Shown one piece after another: positions 13,950-25,998 of a stretch of DNA of 54,825 nt (the first letter of the stretch is position 1; the number at the start of each line of letters is the position of its first letter). Source of the DNA: Catajapyx aquilonaris. Its lineage: Eukaryota. The position numbers and the translations under genes are program-made. The DNA lies in NCBI GenBank assembly GCA_000934665.2, contig KZ538673.1, positions 1 to 54,825 of the forward strand, given 5' to 3'. The notes beneath the pieces are model-generated. The model had not been told where the DNA came from and searched no databases. It saw nothing but the letters and a program-made list of their open reading frames with translations.

Positions 13950-15560
13950 CAACTAGCAGCGGAGCCCGTTCTTTGCATGGGCTATTTCCATGGTAAAGTA
14001 AGCGCAGAGCGGAAAAATCATATATTTTATAGTCATTTAGACCCAAGAAAGTGCAGTTTTCTGACTTTTTCCTGAATAAGCGGCATGTAAACCATCAGTG
14101 TGCCAGGGAACCCGTTTTTCGCACGGGGGATTGAAAAATGAGAGAAATTAGTAAAACCTGCATATCACGCAGTATATACTGTAGTACCATATACGTATAG
14201 ATACATTATAGATACATTGGCGCGGGGCCTTTATGGTCGGGTCGCCGTAACTCTGACACAGTACCATATATGCATATATTATCTTTCCATGCAAGCATGC
14301 CTGATGGGTTCAGAGAATTGAAGAACACATTAATATTTTCCTTTAACAAAATCGTCTTTCTTACTGCACCATTTCCACTGACAAATAAACACTGCCTCCG
14401 TTGCACTGAGTGACATGGTGTAGTTTAATAATGATTATATTTACAGTGTCGTTACGTCTTGAGGGCGTTACGTTACACAAATATAATCCAGATTGATTTT
14501 TTCAGTGATATTTCAGAGTACACATTCAAAAGAAGTTATCCCAAAGTGTAATGTTGTGCCTACTAAATATGTTAAATTTTTTGTTCTCTTGCGAACCACT
14601 TTCATAACCCCATTGGCGATTATTTCATTGGCGCATTATTGAGCACACTGTCACCTGTTGGCCTTTTGTCAATGTGATTCTTTTCTCTCTGTACCACAAT
14701 AATTATTTCTGGCATTGTGGGATCTCCCTTCCTGGCAATATTCTCTTGCTGCCTTTACTTTGCACCAGTGCTTCCCAATCTTTTTCGTTGGCGACGCCAA
14801 AAAATCGCCTCGCAAAATTCGCGATCCTCCTGATGTGCACATTTCCCCAAATATGAAAAGACAGGTAAACAGTGAAATGAAAAGCATTTTAAACTATTGT
14901 AGAGTAGAAAGAGACAGCAGCAACTATAAATCGTATCCTTCAGCCAAAGAATGGAAGTAATATGTTACACAATGGATCATGAACTGAAGCCAAATGCAGT
15001 GATTCCATGGTAAATCGATTGCAATTTCTCACACATTTGAAACACTGTCACATAAAATGTGAGTAATGATTACAATACCTATGTGTGATTTTTTGAAAAA
15101 GTAATATGTGCATTTGTCAGAGACTGCATATACTTATGACATTTCCTATGTTTATACGATGGCAAAGATTCCGTGCACCGCCTTATGCACCCATGTGTTT
15201 GAAAATTTGCCGATTCAATTATCGTTCATGGGTAATAATGAATGGACTATGCATTTCTGAATAGGGGATGATCCAAGGAATCGATTGATATACCAACAGT
15301 CATAATTGGTTCATCAGTTCCACAGCGAGAAATTTAAGCTCAAAAATCGGCAAGATGCTGTGATTAATATTTTCTGGAATGTTTATTTCCAACCCTGCGC
15401 GCCCTATCACAATGAAGTTTTGAATGTGCATTTAGGCAAAGGTGATTGCCCTAGATCCTAAATATCACTGTGTTAAAATTATAACGTTATGAGTTACGGC
15501 TCTCGGGAATATAGAGTGATGTGGACATAAGGTGCGAATTTTTTTCAATGTCGTTTTTCG
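13950..15560. mobile_element. Possible non-autonomous Helitron/Helentron-like relic or composite
   Basis: Starts AACTAGCAGCGGAGCCCGTTCTTTGCATGGG (short hairpin), with a related motif at ~14105-14130, resembling ends of such elements. Boundaries uncertain. Confidence 0.3.
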
Positions 15561-15709
15561 AGTTAGCGCGAATATTTTGTAACCATATTATTCCTCTCTG
15601 CATTACCTTCCATATAACCTTACCTTCCATATATAACATCATTAACATGATGGTGGTGGGAGAACAGCCGGTATGAACAGTTAAAAATACTTTACATGGA
15701 CGTCATTGT

Positions 15710-15870
15710 TGAACTTTCCATTGTTATATCTCCGTGAGATTTTACTCCAGCGGCCTTATTTAGGATTTAGCAATAAGGTACGGATCCCTACCTATCTGAT
15801 TTTTTTTCTTCAATTACATGAGAAGGGGTCGATCCATTTAGGCATTTACACGATTGACATGGAATGACCC
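15710..15870. mobile_element. Second copy of the GGAATGACCC-ended MITE end
   Basis: Similar to 1-119. Confidence 0.65.
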
Positions 15871-17578
15871 AACTGCCAATGGTGCCAACTGGCTAAAAAT
15901 ACAGTGAGGTAGGAACGTTATGGTAACAGTCAGTGGCGGTAGGTTACACAACAATATGAAGCACCATTTGGGGCATTTCGACTCCAAAAAGTGCGGTTTT
16001 TGGACTTTTCTCGGACTCAGGGACTCGTAAGACATGGGTGTGGCCAGTTTCGGCGCTCTCGGTACTCTGAAAGTGTGTTTAAGTAGGCGTGACATACAAA
16101 CACAAAAATCAACAAACTCTGCTTTATACTATAAGAATAAGAGAGAATAAACTGAAGTTCCTGCGTCGATGTCAAAAGGTGAATTATGCCACCAAACTGC
16201 ACGATTAGCTTATCTTTTGTTAAGGCAGATCCCACCCACCACATTATCTGAATTCAAGCAATTCAGGATCACCCACTGAGATAACTAGGGGCGACATGAA
16301 GCTCGGAAAGACGCGAAGTTGGCATGTGTCAAGCATTTGACAGAATGTACAGTACAGTACATCGGAAATTATAAGCATGGTAGTGTACTACAACTCGTGT
16401 CTTGTCGAGCTTCTCGTCGCCTTCGGAGTGTGTGGAATTCGGATAAGGCAGTGTGTGGGAGCTAGATGTTTAACAGAAGATGAGCTATACAGCAATGATT
16501 GGGGGGGGGGGGGATGGGAGAGGGGTACTCACTCTCCAAATCCCAAATTTAGTGCCAAGTTAATGCATGTTTTTGACCTACTTTCGCGTCAATCCGCCGT
16601 TTCTCCATATATCTAATTAAGAAATGAGTTGAGGTGTCTATAGTACAGTAATTGTGATAGTGAAGTTCTCTTTTATGGTTTCATAACAAAGAACACTTTC
16701 ATCTATACTAAACGTGCCACTTCCAGAACTTCCTTGAGATTTGACCATAATTCTAACAGTTTATAATCTACATCCCGCATCTTTTTAAAACACCAATCAA
16801 GCTTAACATAATGTGATACATTAACACTCATAACCCAGCAATAAAACAGGTTATAGCAGTTGCTCTAGCAGCCAACCGTTGAATACTGAATTCATTGTCA
16901 GCTCCAATCAATGTCGCGAAGAAATTTTTGGCATTTATTCAATGAACACCAGTAAAAGGGACTTTTATCCCGCAAAGATTTCTTTTATTGTACCGTTTTT
17001 TTGTGTTACCCACCCGCGGCAAAAGTAACTGGTCGAACGAAAGTCGACGACCTCGCAGCTGGGCCCAAGTTATCATATTAATCTTAGTGCATTCATAGTC
17101 TTTTGGAACCTGAAAGGAGAATGATTGGTCAAGAATTTCAACTAGCCTGATTTGATAGCTTTGAGTTTGACATTGTCATTAACATATTACCACGACGGTC
17201 AATCGACACAGTTCTATGAGAACCAGTGAGAACACGCACGCTTCTAGTGATCATTCTAGTATCAACTTATTTCAATATTGCACCAAAATCCATGGATTTT
17301 TAAAAAAGGAAAGTAAGACTTTGTGCAAAGTCTGATGTCAAGAGGCAACTGGATGACCAACCATGCAATGAGGCAATACCTGCTCTCATATTTTAATGTT
17401 GCCGGATAATTAAATTCACAATTGAATTTCACAGTTACATATATGAACCGTAAAATCTGGAAAGGTCAATAGCGATTAAAATCACGATTTTCTTTCCTTC
17501 CGTGATGTTCAACAATATTATTAGAGCACACAGCATCTAAAGCCCGAACTACAGTAGTTATAAATTCTCACCTGAAAA

Positions 17579-17856
17579 CAGCGGTTCTCAACTGGTGGGG
17601 CGCCCCCCTGGATGGGGGGAGGGGGGGGAGGGGGGGGGATCCAAAAATTATGACTCGAAACAGGCGCAAAATTCGCACTGAGTGGGTAAGTACAGTACTT
17701 CTGTACATTCCTAAACTATTTACTGGACTACTTACTAGTAGTGAAGTTGTAGCAGTGCTATCGTAGTGCCTAGATGGGTGGGGGATGGGGGGAAAGGGGG
17801 GATATCTGAAATTACTTTTCAGGGGCCCCCGATGTGGCATAGGTTGAGAACCGCTG
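17579..17856. mobile_element. hAT (Charlie-like) MITE
   Basis: TIR CAGCGGTTCTCAAC / GTTGAGAACCGCTG; imperfect 8-bp flanks CCTGAAAA / CTGTAAAA. Confidence 0.8.
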
Positions 17857-17989
17857 CTGTAAAACATGTGGGCATAACTAAGCCAAGTTCAAACTCAATT
17901 TTAAAACATTTCCGTCCTACAAATCGCTAAAAAGTGCACCCCTTGACACTCATAACTTGTCTATTTTTCTTGCAGCTTGCAGCACAACA

Positions 17990-18508
17990 ATGAGGGTCTG
18001 CCTGGCAGTCTTGGTGACTCTCTGCACCGCAGTGACCAGTGAGAGGCTGCGGAGTTCCCAACCTTGCCCCCAACTCAACCGACAACTAGACCTTCCCTGC
18101 AAGTGCTCACTTGACTCTCACAATGGCACCCACATCAACTGTGATGGATCTGTCTTCGTGGGTGACTTCCCTTTACTACCATACCGACATCGCATCCATG
18201 CCTTCTCTCAACGTCATGTCGGCTACCAAAGTCTGCCAACTCAGGCTTTCACTGCCAGTGATATACCTCTGAAGAAGCTGGATTTTTCCCACAACTCTTT
18301 GCGGAGGTTAACTGAGCGGCTCTTCGACGGTATTGAGGATACTTTAGAAGAGGTTTACCTAGGATATAACCTGTTGGGGGCAGGACTCAACCCTATTTTT
18401 TCCACCAACGAATTCCATAACCTGCAGAGGCTCAGGGTGCTGGACTTGAAGAGGAACCAGATCAAGGGATTCGAGGATGGGATCTTTAAGGGATGCCATG
18501 CATTGCAG
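17990..18508 (+). CDS. LRR gene coding exon 1 (signal peptide, LRRNT, first LRRs)
   Basis: ATG at 17990; ends GCHALQ|GTTTGT. Confidence 0.9.
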
Positions 18509-21500
18509 GTTTGTTATATTTATCTATCTCAATTACTAAAACTGGAAAACACTACTGACATATGAATGAGTTCTGCTGTAATAATATATTGAAGCTAAAA
18601 ATCTGAAGAACGTGCTCAGTGCTGGGCTACGAAAAATGCCCGAAATTGCCGGTTGTATGAACATACAACCGGGTCTGACCGTGAATGTCAATCCTGCCTC
18701 TGTATGTCGCTCTGTAATTTGCAAGCTGATGACCGTGGAGCACGATTACGACGCGACGGATGACATTTATGCGACGAATCAATAGAAACACAGAAAAGTA
18801 TTTTATACGAAACGTTCCACTTGTAATATTAAAAAGTATTTTAAAGCCAAAAACTATACGGCGTCATTTCCGGCACAAAATCAATTTGGGAAATTGCGTC
18901 CGTTATCACTCAATGATATTTTTCAATATTTAGCAAAAAAATATACATGTTAATCATTTTTGGCTGATCATTATTCAGTTATATGTGACACTGTGGTTAC
19001 ATAACACATACATTTCTTGATTTGAAATGTTCATGACAGTTTCGCGTGTGTTTTAATGGGTCATGTCCTAATGGCTAATATCATACCTATTTGTCATATA
19101 TATAGAATCCACACTAATGTGACATGATGACACGATGCTGTCGTTAAGGAATCGAACCAAGCTAACAAGTAAGTTTGCGCGAGTTTCTTGCTGTTTCCAG
19201 CTCTGTGCATATAGCTACTCAGAGGGCTTCAAAAACCCAAGAAAGTCGCGCAAACTTAGCTTGGGCAGAATCGACCACCTTAAACGTCCTGTTCCATTTT
19301 GGCGTGGTGGTATTCACCATGACCAGATCGTAATGCTGTCACAAGCATGCAGCTATGGGTGTGAATATCTCTACATCAAGCTTGTTGCCGAAACGCATCA
19401 AGAAATGTAGAGTAAATGCCAAGAAAAATACAAAAGAATGATGTAGCCTACATATCATGGACGCTGTTAAGCCTCATATACCGTAGTATACTGTACTCAA
19501 GTTAGGAGAAATCTCCCAGAAAATATGGCTCGTGCTGCACTCATGTTTTACTGTACATTTAGGCTTTATACTGATTGTGATAATTAACTATATGCCGATG
19601 TATTTACAAGTTCTAAACACTCTAATTGCTTACATAGGAACTCTACCTGGAGGGAAACCACTTGGCGGCAGTGCCCACTGGCGCTCTCCGTGGTCCTCGT
19701 GCACTTCGCACTCTCCACCTCCAAGATAATGTCATGGGTAAGTCTCTAGACTCACTTGACTACTGTAAAATGTACTGTACGCTGAATTTTAATACATATT
19801 TTTCTAAGTGAAAACTCATTATAACGTACGAGGAAAAATATTGGACATGCACAGCATACTTAATACTGAGTGTGTTTCCGGCGGGCAAGTTCAGGATCGA
19901 TTGGTCGAGCTCTGATACGTGATGCATGTGGATACTTCTGCCAATTTCCAAATTCTGTTGCACAAGTAGTAATAGTTGTGCTATGAAGCGTTCTAATAAG
20001 CCAAATACCACACACTTGGCCTTATTTGGTAGCAAAAACGGCTCCCTCAGGTTTGCAGAACTGCAATCTGTGCTGCCTTCTTATTACGGTCCACCTACCC
20101 TTTGCATATAGCCCTTGTAACTCGGATTTTGCCGCAGTCATGCCTAACCTAGGTGGCAATAAAACGCCTTCTGCCTTGCTATGCTCAAAATTAGCGCACA
20201 AGAACAATGAAGGTTTTTCCAGCCTCATGGTACCAACCGATCACCGACAATGAGCAACCTAAAATACAACTAGTCATAAGATTTCTTCAGTGTATACTTT
20301 TAATGCCTTCATGCCACCATGAATTTGCTCAACACCAGATGGCAATAAATTGCATCATTGTATAATATTTTTTCTGTTTACAGAGAAGGTACACCGTAAT
20401 GCATTCAATGGTTTGTCAGCTTTGCGCTGGATTAACCTAAGCAGCAATTCCCTGGAAACGATTGAAGGCGATGCATTTTCTGGGCTTGGGAGTGTGAGAT
20501 CTGTCTACCTTTCTGGAAACAAGCTTCGTCGACTCAACAGTGATGCATTCCAAGGTCAGTTTAGCTTCAAGAGAGGATCTGGTTAGTTACAATGCTACAG
20601 CCTGCTTCCAGCAGCATTCCATTAATAAATGGACTATCTATGTCAGATTTTCCAAGTCATTTGGCAGAATACATTGAAGCCCCATGGATGTCTTTTACTT
20701 ATCAAATTCCACTAATTGATATTTTATAAGTAAATAATTTGACAATTTTTTTTTGATGTCATGTCAATTACCCTTTCTTACAGGCCTTTCATCTCTGCAT
20801 GAGTTAGACCTGTCAAATAACTTCCTAACTGAAGTTCCCATGGTTGCCTTGAAAGCGCTGCATACCCTTAAGCGCCTATCTGTGGCTTCCAACCTCCTAC
20901 AGGTAGGTAACTCGCTTGCTATTAACTTAGTAATAATATACTTCCCAAGCGGTTTCCTTGCATTACCTCCATAGCTCAGTGGCAGAGCACTCGTGATACT
21001 GTCAGGAATGTCCCAGGTTCGATTCCTGGTGGAGGCAACAACTATTATCCTATTCTGATCTTGCCATATAATTTCAGAATTTAGTGACCCTAATTGCCAA
21101 TTTACTGCTGCACATTCTTTCCAGACACTTGAAGGGTCCAATTTACAGCAGTTACCCCAGCTAGAGGCTTTGGACTTGAGCCGGAATAACATTGCAGATA
21201 TTATTCCAGGAACATTCCTAAGGATGTCAAACATGAAAGTGCTGGACGTCAGTATTAATTCACTGCGGAACGTGAGTGTTTGGATTTTCAATATAGGGCA
21301 TTGTCTATAATAATCTAACTCTAGTCAACCACATTCCCTTCTTAACAATTTCTGCTTTAGCTTTGCAATATCTTCTGGTACTCCCTAAATTTTATTTCTT
21401 CCATGTACCCATCTCCCACTCATCGCTTACCTGTCACGCAGGGCTTATGAACTGACCTTTGCCTTCAAAACATATTACATCTATGCTCGAGTATTCAGTG

Positions 21501-24500
21501 TTTGAACAAGTATATGATCCCTTTTTTCATTAATATCTATTACCAAACTCGCAGGTTTCCTAAGCAACAATACTTAGGATTGACCAATGAAATTGGTCAA
21601 TCTATCTTGTTGAAACACAATGCATTATGCTCACAACCCTGATAACAGGTTCTTCGACTGTAGCTTACTAAGCCCCACCCTATCAAACTTGATGAACTTC
21701 AATGTGAATCATCAGCCATGAATTGTAAATAATAATCTACATCAACATATCTTTCTTCTGCTTTATACAGGTGGAAGATGATGCCTTTGAAGGTCTGGAA
21801 AACCTTGAGAGCTTGTCTCTAAATGACAACAACATCCTGTTCGTCCCAACATCAGCTCTGAAACGCCTAATTACGCTGAAACATCTCTCCATGGATTACA
21901 ATCGCATAGCTGTTCTGTCAGACGCCATCCTAAATTCGATGCAGAATGTACTCCACCTTTCACTAGGGCACAACGTCATCCGTGAGATCCCAGACCACAC
22001 CTTCCGAAACTTCAGCCAGTTACAAAGGTTGCATCTGTATGGTAATCAACTGCAGTTCATTTCCCAGGCTACTTTCACTGGTTTGGAGAAAACACTGGAC
22101 ACACTGAATTTAGGATACAACAAACTGAATGAACTGCCCAAGATAAACCTGCGAGTACTGAGATCATTGGACTTGTCTAAGAATAACTTATCTCATATAT
22201 CATTTGAGATGCTCTCTGGCTATCCCAATTTGATATATCTCAACTTGGCTGAAAATGGCATTGAGAGTGTTTCAGTCAATTCCTTTGTTGGACTTCCAAA
22301 GCTGGAGGTGCTACGGCTAGACAGCAACAACATATTGGGAATCAAGCCAGGAACATTCCAACTGCCAGCAGTGAAGTCAATTCATCTGCAAGGTAATCAG
22401 CTACAAGAAATCGAACCCAAAACATTTCATAATCTACGAGTTGACTACCTGGACCTCAGTGACAACCTGATTGAGTCCATAAGACCTGAGGCTTTTACCA
22501 ATGTGCCATTCTTGCACACGCTGCTGCTCAATTACAATGTCCTCTTGACTATAAAGAGCGACTTTTTTAGTGGAAATGCAACTGGCCTATTGCACCTGGA
22601 CCTCAGCAATAATCACCTTACCTCTGTACACCCAACATCATTCACTGTTCACCCTGCATTGCTGACACTCAACATGAGTTACAATCACTTACGCACTGCT
22701 CCTCTTATTCGCTTTCTACCACACTTTCAATCATTGGATCTGTCCTACAATCTGATCCAAGAAATCGATGAATCAGAATTTTCTGGGATGCCGAAGTTAC
22801 ATTCTATAGACCTCAGCCATAATCAACTAGAATCCCTGGGGCTTCATGCATTCCAGAATTCCACACAACTCCAATATGTTGACCTGAGCTACAACAAGCT
22901 AGACACAATGCCAGAAACTTTGTTCAAAGGGGTGTCGCGCCTCAATTTAAATCTTGAGCACAACCAGTTGCAGCAACTTCCAGGAAAAATATTTGACCGT
23001 GCAAATCTCCAGCGACTTCAGAGCATTAACCTAGCTAACAATAACTTCCATGCAATCCCTACTGTTGCACTGCAGAGGCAATATTTCTTCTTAGAGAAGG
23101 TTAACCTGGCAGGCAACAAGATCCGAGATGTTCCATCAAATACCAACACCTTGGTAAATATCAAATATTTGGATTTATCATTCAATCCATTGTCTGAAAC
23201 ATCCATCATTAATATACTGAATGAACCAAAAACAGTATTAGAACTGAACTTAGCTGGGACAGGAATTAAAAAATTGCCAGCATTAGAAACACCCTTCTTG
23301 CGTGCATTGAACCTCACTTACAATGAAATCCGTGACTTGAACGAATCCTTGTTTGAAAGGCCAACATTGCTGGAAAGGTTGGACTTGTCCAACAATGCTA
23401 TCCCGAACTTGAGCTTTGGGGTAGCTCATATTTGGCAAAGGCTGAAGTACCTCAAGGAGATTGACCTGTCTCACAACCCAATTGCATACATTGTCCGTGG
23501 TGATTTTAATCACTTGGATTCGCTCAAGATTCTGAAGCTGAACAATCTAGTTGAATGTACCAAAGTGGAGAAAAATGCCTTCAGTAATTTGCGAAACTTG
23601 AAGCAATTTTCTTTTGTTGGGTACCCTCGGCTGGGATATCTAGACAGTAAGGGCATCTTGGAGAACTTCTTCACATTGGAAAAAATAGCCATTGAAGTAA
23701 AGGACCAGGTTGTTGGGGACCAGTTCCACCCAGCGTTCTATCCACGTCTGACTCATTTGGCTATCCATGGTCGTCGTGTACAGAGCTTGTCCACTGGTGC
23801 ATTTGCTGGACTGAACAGCCCCAAGATTCGGATATCACTCCACAACACATCTGTGTCCAATCTCCCAGCATCCATATTTTTCCCAGTACCCATGTCATCC
23901 AACATCACTCTGGACATTGCTGGAAGTAAATTTGCCAACCTTGGCCCACCTTTTATTGCTACACTAACAAACCGGCAACGCCACATCCACCTCCAAGGAC
24001 TTTCATCTAATCCAATAATGTGTGACTGCAACAGCTTACCACTGCTGCGGTGGTTATTTCATGCTGCCACCAACTTTGATGTTGAGGCTATCCAGTGCTC
24101 TGGCCCACCATCACTTTATGGTAGAAAGTTGATTGACATCCCTGCAAGCGAGCTAACTTGCAACTTCAACATAACAACAACAGCCGGGACAACAGAAGCA
24201 CCACTTACTACGCAGGCTGAACCTGAAATTATTTGGTCCACTTCTCCACAGTATGACGATGAGACAACCAAGAGGGAATCCAAAACTGCACTTGCAAGCC
24301 CAACTTTAAACAACATGGACACTCTCATCATTGCCATTGTTGGCGGTGTGGTTGCCTTCATTGCCTTGCTCATTATCATTATATGCATTGTACGGTTACG
24401 TGCAGCAAACACACAGTATCGTGGTGGTCCTTTGGCTGGACCTTTAGCACTCCGTGCTCAAGGTAAATGCACTTGCTTGAAACCACCACCACCATTGTAT

Positions 24501-24692
24501 GGTGCCATGCCATACCCATATCCCTACGGAGGCACTCTCCCACACAAGATGCTACCTCCACCTGGTGGATTTGCTGGAGTACCACATACACCACCTGGAT
24601 ATGGAACAGCATCCAGCCGACAGGGGAGTTACTACTTAAACCCACCCTACTATGTCACGTTCCCACCTGAAAGTGACACAGACCACAGGTAA
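17990..24692 (+). CDS. Chaoptin-like leucine-rich-repeat transmembrane protein (~1325 aa), 6 coding exons
   Basis: Exons 17990-18508, 19638-19737, 20384-20554, 20784-20902, 21125-21271, 21771-24692; all GT-AG, phases 0/1/1/0/0, total 3978 nt. Signal peptide MRVCLAVLVTLCTAVTS, Cys-rich LRRNT, roughly 35-40 LxxLxLxxN repeats, LRRCT (NPIMCDC), Thr-rich stalk, TM LIIAIVGGVVAFIALLIIIICIV, Pro/Tyr-rich tail. An acceptor at 17975 upstream of the ATG implies a 5' UTR exon. Confidence 0.93.
19638..19737 (+). CDS. LRR gene coding exon 2
   Basis: TACATAG|ELYLEGNHLAAVPTGALRGPRALRTLHLQDNVM|GTAAGT. Confidence 0.9.
20384..20554 (+). CDS. LRR gene coding exon 3
   Basis: TTTACAG|..KVHRNAFNGLSALRWINLSSN..AFQ|GTCAGT. 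Confidence 0.9.
20784..20902 (+). CDS. LRR gene coding exon 4
   Basis: CTTACAG|..LSSLHELDLSNNFL..SNLLQ|GTAGGT. Confidence 0.9.
20965..21037 (+). pseudogene. tRNA-like element / tRNA pseudogene in LRR intron 4
   Basis: Acceptor stem CCTCCA/TGGAGG, D arm GCTC-AGTGGCA-GAGC (A box), T arm CCAGG-TTCGATT-CCTGG (B box). The anticodon arm is non-canonical, so no isotype is assigned. Confidence 0.75.
21125..21271 (+). CDS. LRR gene coding exon 5
   Basis: CTTTCCAG|TLEGSNLQQLPQLEALDLSRNNI..SINSLRN|GTGAGT. Confidence 0.9.
21771..24692 (+). CDS. LRR gene terminal exon (LRRs, LRRCT, TM, cytoplasmic tail)
   Basis: 973-codon ORF starting right after TTATACAG; the first GTG is Val, not a start codon. Confidence 0.95.
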   Translation: MEDDAFEGLENLESLSLNDNNILFVPTSALKRLITLKHLSMDYNRIAVLSDAILNSMQNVLHLSLGHNVIREIPDHTFRNFSQLQRLHLYGNQLQFISQATFTGLEKTLDTLNLGYNKLNELPKINLRVLRSLDLSKNNLSHISFEMLSGYPNLIYLNLAENGIESVSVNSFVGLPKLEVLRLDSNNILGIKPGTFQLPAVKSIHLQGNQLQEIEPKTFHNLRVDYLDLSDNLIESIRPEAFTNVPFLHTLLLNYNVLLTIKSDFFSGNATGLLHLDLSNNHLTSVHPTSFTVHPALLTLNMSYNHLRTAPLIRFLPHFQSLDLSYNLIQEIDESEFSGMPKLHSIDLSHNQLESLGLHAFQNSTQLQYVDLSYNKLDTMPETLFKGVSRLNLNLEHNQLQQLPGKIFDRANLQRLQSINLANNNFHAIPTVALQRQYFFLEKVNLAGNKIRDVPSNTNTLVNIKYLDLSFNPLSETSIINILNEPKTVLELNLAGTGIKKLPALETPFLRALNLTYNEIRDLNESLFERPTLLERLDLSNNAIPNLSFGVAHIWQRLKYLKEIDLSHNPIAYIVRGDFNHLDSLKILKLNNLVECTKVEKNAFSNLRNLKQFSFVGYPRLGYLDSKGILENFFTLEKIAIEVKDQVVGDQFHPAFYPRLTHLAIHGRRVQSLSTGAFAGLNSPKIRISLHNTSVSNLPASIFFPVPMSSNITLDIAGSKFANLGPPFIATLTNRQRHIHLQGLSSNPIMCDCNSLPLLRWLFHAATNFDVEAIQCSGPPSLYGRKLIDIPASELTCNFNITTTAGTTEAPLTTQAEPEIIWSTSPQYDDETTKRESKTALASPTLNNMDTLIIAIVGGVVAFIALLIIIICIVRLRAANTQYRGGPLAGPLALRAQGKCTCLKPPPPLYGAMPYPYPYGGTLPHKMLPPPGGFAGVPHTPPGYGTASSRQGSYYLNPPYYVTFPPESDTDHR

Positions 24693-24982
24693 CTTTTGTG
24701 GTGCCCATGTGATGTGCATAGTTTCTCTGATATTCCGAGTGATGTGATGGCTCAAGTGTGTGATTTTTTGGATGGTGACAAACACTCAGGTTCTTAGTTG
24801 CCATTCAATTGATTTTTCAACCAAAATGCCACCACCAGAGTGAACTAACCGGTGCCTGCATCTTGATGCAATCAGTTGTGGTGGCAATGGCACCAGTAAG
24901 GGGACACACTCTGTTACAGTGTCAAGCAATCATGTATGTGCAATAGTGTTACCCAAGTCAATGACTTGTCAAAGCAGACACT

Positions 24983-25095
24983 AATAAATTATTGTCAAGG
25001 CACTTGCACCCAAAATCCCATTGGGGCATTTTCAGCCACACCTTATATTGGGTAGTCAAACCTCTGCATGATATGTAGAGTCATTATGTAATAAA
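24983..25095 (+). terminator. Candidate polyadenylation signals of the LRR gene
   Basis: AATAAA at 24983-24988 and 25090-25095, about 300-400 nt after the stop. Confidence 0.4.
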
Positions 25096-25554
25096 GCTAT
25101 AATCCACATCAAAGCATGTACTGTACACCCTTCAGTTTTGTAATGCCAAACAGGATCAGGAAGCATGGCTACATGTGACAGTAGTAACATTCGTAGAATT
25201 TACTCATTGTATCTCAAAGTGTGGTCTGTGGTCAACTAGTAGGATATGAACTGATCCAATCAAGGATCCAACATTCTAATTCTTTAATAGCGCTTTATTA
25301 GTGATATATGACAATTTGCTAATGGAGATAAGTAGCCTAAATAGACTGCAGGATCTGCAGGATAAAGGAGCCATGCTGTAAAATAAGTTCAAGCAACACT
25401 GATTTAGTCTCAAAATTAGCTCTCACGCACCTACAGGAACATTGGCTGATGAATGGAAATAGTGCGCACTTTTTGAATACCCTATAACTGCATGGAAACA
25501 TGCCTTTATTTTTATTTCAGCAATTAACATTGTAAAATGAAGAACAACACAAGT

Positions 25555-25795
25555 ATAATAATGGATACCCCGTGATAGGCCTCCTCGGGCCTCTTAGGTG
25601 ATCATCTTTTCGTCAACCATCTTTAATCATTGCCTGCGTGTGATGGATTTTTATTGCGGGAGGAAACGGGAGAACCCTGAGAAAACCCACGTGAACACAG
25701 AGAGAACCCATCGAAACTCTATCCACATAAGTATCCTCTGTCCGACCCGGGGATCGAACTGGGGACCTTAGAGGTGGAAGGCTGCGGCACCACAG
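25555..25795 (-). mobile_element. 5'-truncated tRNA-derived SINE with V/Meta-type core
   Basis: Minus strand: B box GTTCGATCC, core GTGGGTTTTCTCAGGGTTCTCCCGTTTCCTCCC, ATT-rich tail. A decayed relative lies at ~35258-35450. Confidence 0.75.
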
Positions 25796-25917
25796 TAGGA
25801 GTAAATTACAGAAGGTAACCATGTCATCATGTTTCCAGCAGTTGAAAGTAGGTGAGAAACATAAAAATGGCCTAGACTAGTGGGGCTCTGTAACTTAGCA
25901 ATAATTGCAGTACTCAC

Positions 25918-25998
25918 CCATGTATTGTCACGAATGTATTGTTCCACTAATTCACTAACAACAGCCTCTTCATTGCACTCAGAGTCACAATTAACACC
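25918..25998 (-). CDS. TEP1: TEP1 exon 11 (last visible)
   Basis: TTGCAG|GVNCDSECNEEAVVSELVEQYIRDNTW|GTGAGT; phase 0/0; weaker similarity than the TROVE exons. Confidence 0.65.

Noticed and set aside
23018..24645. Antisense and alternative-frame ORFs over the LRR terminal exon
   Set aside because: Shadow ORFs of the real coding exon.
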